Below, in pieces: positions 1 through 11,015 of a stretch of DNA of 64,000 nt; the stretch's first letter is position 1; the number at the start of each line of letters is the position of its first letter. The DNA lies in assembly GCA_963779615.1 (NCBI GenBank), contig CAVZZA010000003.1:640001-704000 (forward strand). Reading direction: 5' to 3'. Origin of the DNA: an uncultured Nitrososphaeraceae archaeon. Lineage in GTDB: Archaea > Thermoproteota > Nitrososphaeria > Nitrososphaerales > Nitrososphaeraceae. The notes beneath the pieces are model-generated. The model saw only the letters and a list, made by a program, of their open reading frames with translations. It searched no databases and was not told where the DNA came from. The translations under genes were made by a program, and so were the position numbers.

Positions 1-668
1 CAATACAAATTATAAGGCAATTATGGGAACAAAAAGAAGAGAATAGGCAGCAGTCAGAGTATAATGCATATGGTTATGGTAATGAAAACAATAATGGAGG
101 CTTTGTGAACTTTGAGGGGGATTACTTCAAAACAAAAAACGCTAGACTCTATACTCCCCCCTCTACAGATATTCCTCTGTACATGGCAGCATCCGGTCCA
201 GCCGCAATACAAACTGCTGCAAAATATACCGATGGCCTGATTACAATTTCAAAGCCCGACAAGTCAAGGGACATGTTTGAGACATTTGATAAAGCAGCTC
301 TTGAAGAAGGCAAAGAACCCAGTCTCCTTCAAAAAATAGGCAAGCCCAAAATATCTTATTCGGAAGACTACGATAAGGCGTTTAAATCGTCAGAATTTTG
401 GAGGGCAGGCGAGATAGAAGACGTATTTAATACCGCTATTAATGACCCACGGGATTTGCAAAGAAAGGCAAAACAAGAGGTTTCGGACGACAAGGTAAAG
501 AAGTCAACATTAATAGCAACATCTATTGATGATCTATTCAAACCAATTGAAGAATACTTCAAAGCTGGATTTACCCAGGTCTATTTGCACAGTACAAGCC
601 CAAACGAATTGGAGTTTGTACAGAAATTTTGCAGCAAGGTATTGCCTTACTTTAGTGATAGCAAGTAG
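1..668 (+). CDS. LLM-class (luciferase-like) F420-dependent oxidoreductase, 5' end outside window
   Basis: Frame is open from position 3 (IQIIRQLW...VNFEGDYFKTKNARLYTPP...IPLYMAASGPAAIQTAAKYTDGLIT), typical of LLM/F420 G6PDH-like enzymes. Confidence 0.85.
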   Translation, partial: IQIIRQLWEQKEENRQQSEYNAYGYGNENNNGGFVNFEGDYFKTKNARLYTPPSTDIPLYMAASGPAAIQTAAKYTDGLITISKPDKSRDMFETFDKAALEEGKEPSLLQKIGKPKISYSEDYDKAFKSSEFWRAGEIEDVFNTAINDPRDLQRKAKQEVSDDKVKKSTLIATSIDDLFKPIEEYFKAGFTQVYLHSTSPNELEFVQKFCSKVLPYFSDSK

Positions 669-971
669 CAAAAGGATAAATATTTTTTTATAGGGCATCC
701 GTCATAAAATTAACCACAGTTGTGCCAAATAGCAACGCGAAACCAAATGCTTGCCAAAACATATTATTGATCCCTGTAAACAAACCCAAAGTATATCGGC
801 ATTGTCAAAAAAAATACTAAAATCAGTAATATTCAAGATGCTTGCATAAAACAAAAAGATTAGATGCCATACACGCTATAAAATAAATTCGTTTGATGCC
901 TTCTGGTCATCAAAAGTGGTTGAAGCGGTTTCCCAGCAGTAATCTCTTTTGGTTCACTCATTAATTCCATG

Positions 972-1337
972 TCAAAAGTATTTGTCCAAAATTTCGTTTA
1001 ATTTGGTCTTCTGATTTTCGTAGATAATTTTATACTCATCGCTATCGGTACTTTCTTTTCCCAGCCCTTCAAACTCCTCCATAGAATTTTCAAATTCAGA
1101 TAGCCCAACCATTGATTTTGCCAACCTATTTAGGAGAAAGAAAACGGTCGACATCATATAGTTCGCCTTGTCGCTTTCAAACTCGGTCATTTTAGAAGGC
1201 GGAAAAACCATATCAATGCATTCCCTTAATTCTTCCGCGCATCCTTCCATGCAGTGTGTGTCACCCTTGTTGCATTCTTGCACTTTCTTTGCATAACTGG
1301 CCAAACATTTGGAGATATTCAGTAGATGTTGAGTCAA
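972..1337 (-). CDS. hypothetical protein with Cys-rich helical N-terminus
   Basis: 121-aa ORF with protein-like composition and five Cys in the first 40 aa. Confidence 0.65.
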   Translation of the reverse strand: MTQHLLNISKCLASYAKKVQECNKGDTHCMEGCAEELRECIDMVFPPSKMTEFESDKANYMMSTVFFLLNRLAKSMVGLSEFENSMEEFEGLGKESTDSDEYKIIYENQKTKLNEILDKYF

Positions 1338-1903
1338 ATTAATAATCCACCAACAATGTTCTTTAATTTAATTTTAGTATAACTATTACCATATTGTTAT
1401 TATGTGAAGCAATATAGCAATACATCAAATTGAAATTATTTTTCTGGATTCTCTTGCTGTAGCTGCAACTCTACCTTCCCTTTTGGGATAAATGTTAAGC
1501 CGCATATGCGACATTCAAAATCAGTGTTGGATACATTTATTATTTCATTGCAATATTGCATTGATAAGAGTATAGATTACTGCTGCGGTTATCGCACAAC
1601 ACACTTTTTTATTGATAAAACAATAAACCCAGCACAATAATTTTTAAGTTTATCTTTATAGGATTAACTTTAATATTGAGATCCCATTCTCATTGCTCAA
1701 TGTTTCAAATATCGGTTGGTGACAGTAATGAGAACAATTTGTTTACAATACCAAGCAGATAGTTTAGTTTCAAACCACCATCTTTAAAATTAAATGATTT
1801 AAAAAACGAACCTATAGATGTTAAACTGATGTTTTAGTATTGCAACTGATGACCTTATTGTGCGTCATGCTAAAATGCATTTTTATTTTTTTTATAACGG
1901 GGA

Positions 1904-2122
1904 TTATTGAAGTATTTTCAGGGATTTCTTCCCAGTTTCTCTACACATTGGGCATTTCATATTTTTATTATCTAAATATATGCTCTCTGTTGGTTCGTAA
2001 AATGATATTTTCCACAAGCAAGATTCACACTTTAAAATGTATTTTAGTATTTGATTTTGTGCGTTTTTGTTTGAATCCACAGCATAAACTCGCTCATTTA
2101 TTTGCTCAAGTAGAAGACTCAT
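1904..2122 (-). CDS. small zinc-ribbon protein
   Basis: CESC...CPMC pair of CxxC motifs in a 72-aa ORF. Confidence 0.65.
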   Translation of the reverse strand: MSLLLEQINERVYAVDSNKNAQNQILKYILKCESCLWKISFYEPTESIYLDNKNMKCPMCRETGKKSLKILQ

Positions 2123-2210
2123 TTACATTTTATATAATGTGTTACGAGTATATAACAAATTTTGTATGAACATACTCTAACATAAATGTGACAATTTCTC
2201 ATATAAAATA

Positions 2211-2759
2211 ATGAGTTCTCCTAATGCCACCAACATTAACCCTAAAGATTGTGTTTATGGTTGCAATACCAGGATATACTGGAATACCTCAACCAGTGAG
2301 TATTGGGAAGAATTCACAAAGAAGAAACACAATTGTCCTAACAGGTCAAGAAATAATAGCAAAAAATCTGTAGCGTCTGCGGCAGCAACGGCACCAACTA
2401 TCAATAATGACAACTCTACACCAAAGCCAACAACACGGTACAATAACAATTACAAGAATAATTATAGCAGCAATTACAACCACAAGAAATCATGGGCCAT
2501 GTTTAACAACAACAAACAGCCGATGGACAATTCTTTGGAAATACTGGAAGCCCCATCACCTGAGGCAATAAGAAAACAATATGAGGTATTGACTGATTTG
2601 ATAAAAGAGTACAACGGCAAAATTCATGGCTCTCAGTCCCATATTCTCGCAAATGACTCTATACAGTTAATTGTCTATTATGAAGTTCCTGAAGGAACGA
2701 GAGATGAGGTAAAAGGAATGTTTGAGAGGTTTACCAAAGATGAGATAAAAATGCGTTGA
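2211..2759 (+). CDS. hypothetical protein with N-terminal C-x3-C...H-x-C putative Zn site and Asn-rich linker
   Basis: CVYGC...HNC motif, low-complexity linker, globular-looking C-terminus; divergent from the zinc-ribbon gene. Confidence 0.75.
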   Translation: MSSPNATNINPKDCVYGCNTRIYWNTSTSEYWEEFTKKKHNCPNRSRNNSKKSVASAAATAPTINNDNSTPKPTTRYNNNYKNNYSSNYNHKKSWAMFNNNKQPMDNSLEILEAPSPEAIRKQYEVLTDLIKEYNGKIHGSQSHILANDSIQLIVYYEVPEGTRDEVKGMFERFTKDEIKMR

Positions 2760-2817
2760 TCATCACCAACAATAGAGAAAGCCAATCAATTGGTAAGAAG
2801 AATATGTTAGTTAGAAC

Positions 2818-3484
2818 TCAATGGTTACGGCCTCCTCTATAAAACTCCACACATTGTGCATTTCTGCTCAAGCTAGCTTTGGTTATCATGTCCAGAATCT
2901 TTTGGATAGCACCTTCAGGCTTTTGCATCTCATTCCCCTTACAACACAAGTTGTAACCTAAATTGATGGCATCGCTTATCATCTGCGTGTCAATCTCACC
3001 TTGGCATATTGTCATAATCCTTACGCCATAATCATCAACCCCTGCGGCCACACCCTCACTTAGACCCATAACCCCAAACTTGCTCAATATGCAAACATCT
3101 TGGGGAAACCCATTTTGCCTCCACCAGAACTAACATTGATTATAACCCCAGAGTTGCTTTTCACCATGTGCGGAATAACTGCTTTACAGAATAGAAAATC
3201 GCCTCCAAGGTTTATGTTGATTGTATTTGCCCATCCTTCCTAAGACATATCCACCAAATTTTTGTATTGCAGAATGCCCAATTTGTTAATCAACATGCCT
3301 ATTTTTCCAAATCTTTCCATAGTCGCATCAACAACAGAATTAACATCCAAGTGTTGCATGCATTGCATTTCAACCCTATTACCTGAGTTGCGGGTTTAAT
3401 TGTTGAAGCGTTCTCTGGTCCTGCTGCTGATTTAATTCCTTCAACTGTTTTATCGATGTCACCTACCTGTTTCACACGTAACAA
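2818..3484 (-). pseudogene. SDR-family oxidoreductase pseudogene
   Basis: Fragments read MLINKLGILQ..DMS*EGWANTININLGG..AVIPHMVKSNSGVIINVSSGGGKMGFPKMFAY* then a frameshift to SKFGVMGLSE; broken YxxxK motif and internal stops. Confidence 0.8.
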
Positions 3485-3554
3485 AAAAAGAAGAATTAGA
3501 AATGAAATTGAAAGTTAAGATCTTTTAAAAGTGTGATGGAGCACATCACAATAA

Positions 3555-4820
3555 ATGACGATCACTCCTTTATTAGGCCCTAATGGCAAAACTCCTATTT
3601 TAGTTAGAGATGATGACATTAATTTTTTTACAAATAGCAACATGCTTGAGTCAATTTACTCCGATGCGTGGAAAAATCAGTTTAAAGTAAGCCTGTCCGT
3701 AATTCCTTATCAAAAGGCAATCAACGATGTTTGCATACCCCCTAGTGTTAGAAATTCTCAAGGATACTACTCGGTTGAAAACAATAAGGAACTATGCTCA
3801 TTTTTAAAAGACAAAATCAATCACAATCATGTTGAAATAATTCAGCATGGCGTGTCTCATGCCTTGATTGATGGCAGAGGAGAATTTAGTGTGAATATTG
3901 ACGGTAACAGTGATGTAAACGCAATCATCAGTGACACACATACCCAATATCATAATGCTTATGATAATAATGATGATAACGATAATTATATTGGAAGATA
4001 CAATAATGATAACAATAAGACAGACTTTAAATCCTATGTGAATATCGGAAGAAACATAATAAAAAAATCTTTTGGTGTTGCACCTGTTTTTTTCGCCCCA
4101 CCGTTTGACGACTTTTCCACAAAGAATTTAAATTTACTTTTAGATCTTGATATGATCCCCATCTATGGACAATCAAACTATCACAGGTTTTTCAGGTCAC
4201 CTTACATTCCCAATTATGTTAAAAGGTATTTGGCAAACAAAATAATAAAAAAATTTGCCAATGTAGGATTCATTGTTCCCTTCATCATACCTAATGTTAA
4301 TTGTCACAATAACCAAAATAATCATGGAGTAATGCTGCATATTCCCAAAAGGCCAAAAATTAATCCTATTTCAAGCAATAAAGAAGAAGGATCACAAACG
4401 TTTGTAAAATGGGTATCCAATGCCATCTCTTATTGTACAACTCAAAGATCACCATTATGCATTCTCAATCACTATCACCATTATTTTTATGATTGGAATT
4501 ATGACTCGGTTACCAGAAAAAACTTGTTTGGACAATGGCAGCAGATTCTGCAGATTCTCAATAAAATACCCTTTTCCTGGAAGGCATCTTTCCTGGATTT
4601 GTATCAAAGGATAAGAAGGATAAAAAAAGTCAACATCTCAAAAACAGGCCTGAAAATAACAATAGGGTCAAATGAATTGATTGAAGATATTTCTTTTAAG
4701 GTTGACAATGGGCGGAATTTAGAAAAAAAGGGAAATTTAGTGTTTGATGAGGAAGATAAAGCAATAGTTACCATCCATCAATTACAGCCTGACTCCAAAA
4801 CTGTTTTCCATCTAAAATAA
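3555..4820 (+). CDS. polysaccharide deacetylase-like protein (DUF2334/NodB-like)
   Basis: VRDDD, QHGVSH and FAPPFD motifs of the CE4/NodB fold. Confidence 0.75.
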   Translation: MTITPLLGPNGKTPILVRDDDINFFTNSNMLESIYSDAWKNQFKVSLSVIPYQKAINDVCIPPSVRNSQGYYSVENNKELCSFLKDKINHNHVEIIQHGVSHALIDGRGEFSVNIDGNSDVNAIISDTHTQYHNAYDNNDDNDNYIGRYNNDNNKTDFKSYVNIGRNIIKKSFGVAPVFFAPPFDDFSTKNLNLLLDLDMIPIYGQSNYHRFFRSPYIPNYVKRYLANKIIKKFANVGFIVPFIIPNVNCHNNQNNHGVMLHIPKRPKINPISSNKEEGSQTFVKWVSNAISYCTTQRSPLCILNHYHHYFYDWNYDSVTRKNLFGQWQQILQILNKIPFSWKASFLDLYQRIRRIKKVNISKTGLKITIGSNELIEDISFKVDNGRNLEKKGNLVFDEEDKAIVTIHQLQPDSKTVFHLK

Positions 4821-5049
4821 ATAAACAAATTAATGAATAAACACGTTACTCAATTTATTCGTCTTTTTTTAGTATGAGGCTGATTTGAGTTCAATTCGCA
4901 CACATTTTTTTTCAGTGTGTTTCAACTATCATAAACTAAAACAGAATCTGTCTTTATGAATATTAAATACATCTTCTATGCTTTGATTGTTGGTTAGATC
5001 TTAATTAAAATAGGTATCCATCAGATATTAATATCATTGTCATATTGGC

Positions 5050-5347
5050 TTTATTAGCCATATACATACTCTATTGCATTTGAATCATCAGTCTTTTATC
5101 TCCAGTCTTTTACCAAGTTCTCAACTTCAATGTCTTTACCCAAAAAGCTCTTGTCCTTAATTGCAACAAATTGATTCTTATGATTTTTATCAAGCCAATC
5201 CAAGTTATCCTTTAACCTTACCAACCTTACCAACCTTACCAGCCTTTCCACACCTGTTTCATTAACCATCTGTAAAGGAATGGTAAGTCTACATCTCGTC
5301 ATCATTGCTAACATACTTTTCAACATTCTCTTTATAGTCATCAGCAT
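5050..5347 (-). pseudogene. DUF5678-like small protein remnant
   Basis: NLDWLDKNHKNQFVAIKDKSFLGKD..ENLVK followed by frameshifted AIEYVYG; N-terminal part contains a 9-bp tandem repeat. Confidence 0.45.
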
Positions 5348-5383
5348 ACCATGTTCTTTTCATTAATGGGTTTTCAACAATAC

Positions 5384-6004
5384 CTAGTTCTGATTCCATC
5401 TGCCTCCAGAGCTTTCTTGCCACCGGTGGTATAACTCCTTGTCGTTGCCAACCATAAACACCTCAAGCCTGCCATCGGCATTGACCACAACAACAGGATC
5501 ACTGGCCTCTGGCCACTTGCCCCCAAGCGATTCCCACTTTCCGTTCCATGACCCGCCGGGTCGCTCTTGCCACCTGTGGTATAGCTCCTTGTCGTTGCCA
5601 ACCATAAACACCTCAAGCCTGCCATCGGCATTCATTATAACTAGAAAGTCTTTGCCGTCGCCCCTGCGCCATTTGCCCCCAAGCGATTCCCACTTTCCGT
5701 TCCATGACCCGCCGGGTCGCTCTTGCCACCTGTGGTATAGCTCCTTGTCGTTGCCAACCATAAACACCTCAAGCCTGCCATCGGCATTGACCACAACAAC
5801 AGGATCACTGGCCTCTGGCCACTTGCCCCCAAGCGATTCCCACTTTCCGTTCCATGACCCGCCGGGTCGCTCTTGCCACCTGTGATAGAGAGTGTCGTCA
5901 TTGCCTACAATAAATATCTCTAGTCGCATATCATGGGTATGCATAACAACTAGATCTTTACCATCACCGTTTGGCCATTGGCCGCCAAAAGAATTCCAAC
6001 CCAA
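5384..6004 (-). CDS. PLL/tectonin-like beta-propeller lectin-repeat protein (4 blades)
   Basis: Four ~50-aa repeats WESLGG..VVVNADGRLEVFMVGNDKELYHRWQ..PGG.W resembling PLL-family fucose-binding lectin blades; TTG start, no signal peptide. Confidence 0.8.
   Translation of the reverse strand: MGWNSFGGQWPNGDGKDLVVMHTHDMRLEIFIVGNDDTLYHRWQERPGGSWNGKWESLGGKWPEASDPVVVVNADGRLEVFMVGNDKELYHRWQERPGGSWNGKWESLGGKWRRGDGKDFLVIMNADGRLEVFMVGNDKELYHRWQERPGGSWNGKWESLGGKWPEASDPVVVVNADGRLEVFMVGNDKELYHRWQESSGGRWNQN
5410..5890. repeat. near-identical intragenic tandem repeats (150/156-bp blades, 306-bp two-blade period)
   Basis: cctcaagcctgccatcggcattgaccacaacaacaggatc at 5461 recurs at 5767; cccaagcgattcccactttccgttccatgacccgccgggtcgctcttgccacc occurs three times. 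Confidence 0.95.
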
Positions 6005-6774
6005 GATTTACGTTATATCTTGTGAACAATATTTATTTTCATTGATTTAAATGGCAGTACATAATATTCTTTATTCTTTTTTTATCTGTCCTGCCAAATC
6101 ATTGATTTTTCTCTATGTAAATGGAAAAATATACTTTTACTTTTACTTTTATAAGAATGCACATCATAGTTTGCATCAAAACACATCATAAAACTATCAA
6201 AAAGATCAATAGTTAAATCGAATTTGCAGTCATTAGTCTGTGAACAACAACAAATCGTTGCAAAAATGGGCAGTGATGTCATTTTTTGATCCGGATTATA
6301 AAAATCTCAGCACTCAAAGCACAGCAGAATAATAATCGTTTTCAAGATCCCCCCTCAACAATGAGGAAGATTAATCGATACACCAATAGAATACCTGCTA
6401 TAAATAGCGAATCATAATCACGACTATTAATAGAATCTTGTAATCCTGATCTAGTTTTTTCCTCGTATTTTTTGGACAGCTGTTATTTAATCAATGATTG
6501 TTGTTCACGCCATGTCTGAGAAGAATAGGCTTTCGAGCCACCACATTATAGGAATCAAAGAAAGAACACACAGTTAAGAAATTAAAGGCAATAAAGAAGC
6601 TGTTTTTAGCGCAACTACACAAAAGCCCTAATGAAATTAAATTTGTTATCAAGGTTTAGGCCCATGGAAGGTCCTTTAATACCCGAGCAGTAGGCTGGAG
6701 ACACTTTTAAATGATTATTTTAACCCAGTCTTTCTGTGATTTCAATAGGAAAAAAACTTTTTGAAGAAGTTGAC

Positions 6775-7146
6775 ATGTCAAAAAAAAGCGAAATAGTTAA
6801 TGAAAACATGGAAAAGGGAATCATAGAAAGGGAAAGCAGTTGGACAGGGCAAATCAAAGGTCTTGATTTGTTTCCCAGTGGAAGAGTAGAAGGAAATGGA
6901 AATTCAATACTGTACAGTAACGGCGTTTCAATTTCAAACTGGCAAGGAACACTCACTACAGAAGAAGGAAAAGAAATATCATTTATCTGAAAGGACGCAA
7001 ATAAACACGGCAAATACTTTGTATTGAGAACATATTTTACAGATACGCAGCCACATCCATGGATAAATGGATTGGTTTGCCTTTTGGATGGTTCTTTTGA
7101 TCAGGAAAACAAAACCTTTCGGTGTACTGGATATGAATTAATGTGA
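6775..7146 (+). pseudogene. beta-rich hypothetical protein interrupted by one in-frame TGA (6988-6990)
   Basis: Frame continues after the stop for 51 codons (KDANKHGKYFVLRTYFTD...WINGLVCLLDGSFDQENKTFRCTGYELM*). Confidence 0.65.
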
Positions 7147-7473
7147 CACAATTTTACTCTCACAATACAAAGTACCAACATGCAGGTTTTCAAGTTTCAA
7201 TGATGTTTTATAATACCCAAAAACAACAACAGAAAAGGCAATGATGAAAATGAGTCCCTAAATGATAAACGAGTTTAGAGAGAAAAGACTGAGAATAAAC
7301 CTATGGAATTATAACAACACACATATATATGCAGCATCACTTTCTAGCCTAATTCCATTCTAGATTATACTATATCCACACCTTTCCTCCCTCAGACGCT
7401 TTTATACCACATACAATACATTATTGGCAATGACAAGTCCAAACTTAACAGAAAAGGAGAAATTCTTCTAGTC

Positions 7474-7848
7474 ATGCCAACCATACAACATTTTGAAATG
7501 CCAGCAGATGATGTAGATAGAGCCCAAAAGTTCTACAAAGACGTTTTTGGATGGGAAATGCAAAGGTGGAGCAATCCCGAAAATCCTGGAAAGGACTATT
7601 GGTACTTTGAAACCAAAGACGATAAAGGAAACACCGGTATTGGTGGGGGAATGATGAAACGCCAGTCACCGGAACACACAGTTACAAATTACATAACAGT
7701 GTCATCTATTGACAAGTATGCTTCCAAATTAGAACAAGCAGGTGGCAAAGTGATTATCCCTAAAACAAAAATTCCAGACATGGGATTTTATGCAGTGTTT
7801 TTGGATAGTGAAAATAACATGTTTGGGCGATACGAATCAAATAGATAG
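7474..7848 (+). CDS. VOC family (glyoxalase/bleomycin-resistance) protein
   Basis: HFEMPADDVDRAQKFY..VFGW, IGGGMMKR, YITVSSID, GFYAVFLDSENNMFG motifs. Confidence 0.92.
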   Translation: MPTIQHFEMPADDVDRAQKFYKDVFGWEMQRWSNPENPGKDYWYFETKDDKGNTGIGGGMMKRQSPEHTVTNYITVSSIDKYASKLEQAGGKVIIPKTKIPDMGFYAVFLDSENNMFGRYESNR

Positions 7849-8963
7849 GCAAGTACAACAGAATCACATTCTTTTGCCTTTTTTTGTGTTCTCTTTACCT
7901 ATTATTTTATAGCCATTATGCAAGGAATCTACGGCAGATAACAACCATGAAGATTACAAACACAACAAAATCCACATACCCAAAAGAGCAAAACTAATCA
8001 GACAGCAAAGAAATAGAGAAAGGTAACCTTTAAGTCCAAACTGCAAAAATCCGTTACTTGGAAAACATTCCTAACTTCGGTTAGGCTTTAACAGCAACAT
8101 AACAATATCAACTAGTTTTCACAATCACCTTTGCTTGCCTAACAAATACACCAATCTGCTATAATAAAATAAGTGAGGTTCTTTAATAAATGCCAAACAA
8201 ATTATAAGGAATTTATAAAAAGTATTAGAGAGCCCTTTGCCATAAAATCACATAAAACCCATAAAAAAAACTAGGCAAATAGATATCACAACCACAATAT
8301 AGCAAGATTACATGCAAGATATCATAACATGAATCGATAAAAATTACAGTATAATGCACTTTTCCTACATAATCACTCTGTGTCACACAGCATATATGGA
8401 TTAATCATAGCCACTAAATCACATAGTAAAATAGCCCAGATCATTCACTCATTGCTGAAATAAATACTCTTTACCAAAAAAAAGTAAATGAAGCCATTTA
8501 ACCAGGACAATCGATCTCTGAAACAATAATGGCCAACCGTTTTACTCAAGTCTCCAGTCATAATATATTATTGAATCTCAAAGGTGAGAGTACCCGAACA
8601 GAATCAGGTTTGGGGCCGACCAAAGTGCAGGCCTGTAGCATATCCCATAGTTATTCTCTTAAAAGATGGGAAGTTCAAGGCATTTGACAAGCAATGCTCC
8701 AAGTCAAGAAGTCATTGGGATACTCTTACGCAATTTTAATCCATCAGGTATTACACCTTTTGATTTCTTTATTTTCTTATTCCTTTGGGCGACTAATGAT
8801 TACTGTCCCGTTCTTTTTCAAACTTTATCCTTCCATCAGGATAAAGTTTGCATGATAAGAAGTTCCTCCACAGCCCTTTTGTCACCGTGATGTCCCGGCC
8901 TCTAAGATGCATCGCCAACATATAAGTTGTTTTATATTTTGTTTATATCCACCATATATCAGG

Positions 8964-9752
8964 ATGGAGAAGGACATACACAACACTATTGCATCCCACA
9001 ATGATTCTGTAATATCTCAATTTACAAAACAGGCAATTCCGTTTGCGCAAATGTCACAGCACTCAAACCAATATGGGTTGGAGCTGATGCTAAAATTATG
9101 CAGCCCAAAACAAAATGACACGGTTTTGGATGTTGCCTGTGGCTCGGGGATTGTATCGTGTGAGTTTGCAAAAACAGTGTCCCATGTCACAGGAATTGAC
9201 ATAACCCCTGCAATGATTGAACAAGCAAGACTACTTCAAAAAGAAAAACAAATAGAGAACATCGAGTGGAAAATTGGAGATGTTTCAGATATACCATTTG
9301 GTGACAGCGTGTTTTCAATAGTAGCAACAAGATATAGTTTTCACCATATGATTGATCCAAAAAAAGTGTTGGAAGAAATGAAACGTGTATGTGCCCCAGG
9401 TGGAAAAATAATAGTTATTGATGTTACGCCTGATGAGGACAAGGCAGACGCGTACAATCATGTAGAGAAATTGCGCGATTCTTCCCACACAAAAGCATTA
9501 ACATTTCCACAATTAGAAAACATGATGAAAGAAGTCGGCCTAGTCAATCTTGAATCCAAACATCATGATCTAGAAATGCAACTTGAAAAAATACTGCAAT
9601 CGTCCTTTCCTGATTCTGAAGGTGTAGACAAGATAAAACAACTTTTTCAACAAGATTTAACAAAGAACAATTTGGGAATGAAGAGCCATTTAAAAGATGA
9701 TGGGATATATTTTTATTTCCCCATATCCATGATTACCGGAAACAAGACATAA
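8964..9752 (+). CDS. class I SAM-dependent methyltransferase (UbiE-like)
   Basis: VLDVACGSG motif I, GIDITPAM, GDVSDIPF, SFHH, EMKRVCAPGG; likely start ATG 8964. Confidence 0.9.
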   Translation: MEKDIHNTIASHNDSVISQFTKQAIPFAQMSQHSNQYGLELMLKLCSPKQNDTVLDVACGSGIVSCEFAKTVSHVTGIDITPAMIEQARLLQKEKQIENIEWKIGDVSDIPFGDSVFSIVATRYSFHHMIDPKKVLEEMKRVCAPGGKIIVIDVTPDEDKADAYNHVEKLRDSSHTKALTFPQLENMMKEVGLVNLESKHHDLEMQLEKILQSSFPDSEGVDKIKQLFQQDLTKNNLGMKSHLKDDGIYFYFPISMITGNKT

Positions 9753-9999
9753 CCTGAATTATATTGATTGTGATCTATTCTGGGATACAAATCAATCAAT
9801 AGAAACGTTATATCGGGTTTACCATAACCTATAAGTATCAAATCCTGTTACCATCAGAAAATTAACTAATCCAACCAAATAGAACATTTTGCTATTTTTG
9901 CAATGTCTATAATGCTTTCAAACCCAAGTTCAAATTCCAATAGGTTAACAACAACATCGCACCTTAAAAAAATCACATAATGATTAAACAGTGTTTGGA

Positions 10000-10770
10000 G
10001 TAAATCCAGGTGGAAAAATTTCCCCCCCCCTTACTGACACCCACTTTAATCAAAACCAGCGGTTTGATCCGATCTGAACATAACCATAGGATATCCAAGT
10101 AATTTTTTCATCTTTGCCTACATGGCATTCATTAACACTATGCGGATTACTGTTTTTACAACCTTTTTTAATGCTCCACCCCGCCTAATCTGTGTAATCA
10201 CATACAGGTTTATCGCCCCACCGATTAGTGGCCTCTTCATTCAGCCAGATTTCCATTTTCCCATTATCATTTTTATCACTATAGAAAATCCCTTTCACAC
10301 CAATCCATCTTATCATCAAATTATTGGTCACATTGTTTCTCTTTACCATCATCAAAATATCCCTTTGTATAAATTGATTCTTTTTCAAATTTAACCCTGC
10401 CAACCAGGATATAGGTTGGCATGTAAAGTTGTTCCCTCATATGGATTCATCATCATGCTTGGGTCCAGGCCAGGACTACTATTCAAAATGCGGGCATCCA
10501 TTAAGACTACTAATTTCCTTCATCATTTAACCTTGCGTAAAAAGGCATTTCCGCATCTTTCCATTCTTTTTTTGTAACCATATATTTTCTGCTTCGAAGT
10601 TTTCTTTGACCTCTTTCAGTTAGAGCCCTGGTTTGGTATTGCGTGTATGCTAAACCTTGTTTGCGAAAAGTCATCATCATCAGGTGTTGTGACTTTTAAT
10701 TGTGAATATCCCTAATCGTTTGTTGATTGATTACCATTCCAGTTTGGAACACGACTTTTCCAGTCTTGCA
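10000..10770 (-). pseudogene. decayed paralog of the secreted protein at 47934..48863
   Basis: Fragments WKDAEM, WIGVKGIFY..KMEIWL..RW..DYTD, VMFRSD and VSVR-EIFPP align with WKNVEI, WVGWKVIMY..KMESYI..DW..ELTD, VTFRSD and SVREIQPP; many stops and frameshifts. Confidence 0.65.
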
Positions 10771-11015
10771 TTCCTAAAATTTTGGTTTTGCAAAATCAGG
10801 CCAAATATGGGTATCATAAATTTTTAATTCCAAAATCATCGGTTTCTTTTTCTAATTCTGGCATAGTGTTGACTATCACCATCATCATCATCCTTAACAC
10901 ACAAGTAAATAAAATATTGTCAATTAATAACAAAAACAATAATAATATCTTTTGCGTTAAAATGATATGCCCACAAACAACATCAAACCCTCCAAAACCA
11001 TAACGAATAGGAACA

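Noticed and set aside
5410-5890. Regularly spaced repeats as a possible CRISPR array
   Set aside because: Units are about 150 bp, in-frame coding repeats with no unique spacers and no cas genes nearby.
5374-5901. Alternative-frame ORFs 5374..5631, 5439..5885 and 5641..5901
   Set aside because: Shadows of the GC-rich lectin repeats.
8500-8920. Slightly GC-richer stretch resembling RNase P RNA or a thioredoxin fragment
   Set aside because: Only very short motif similarities. The conserved 3' RNase P motif is missing and there is no CxxC.
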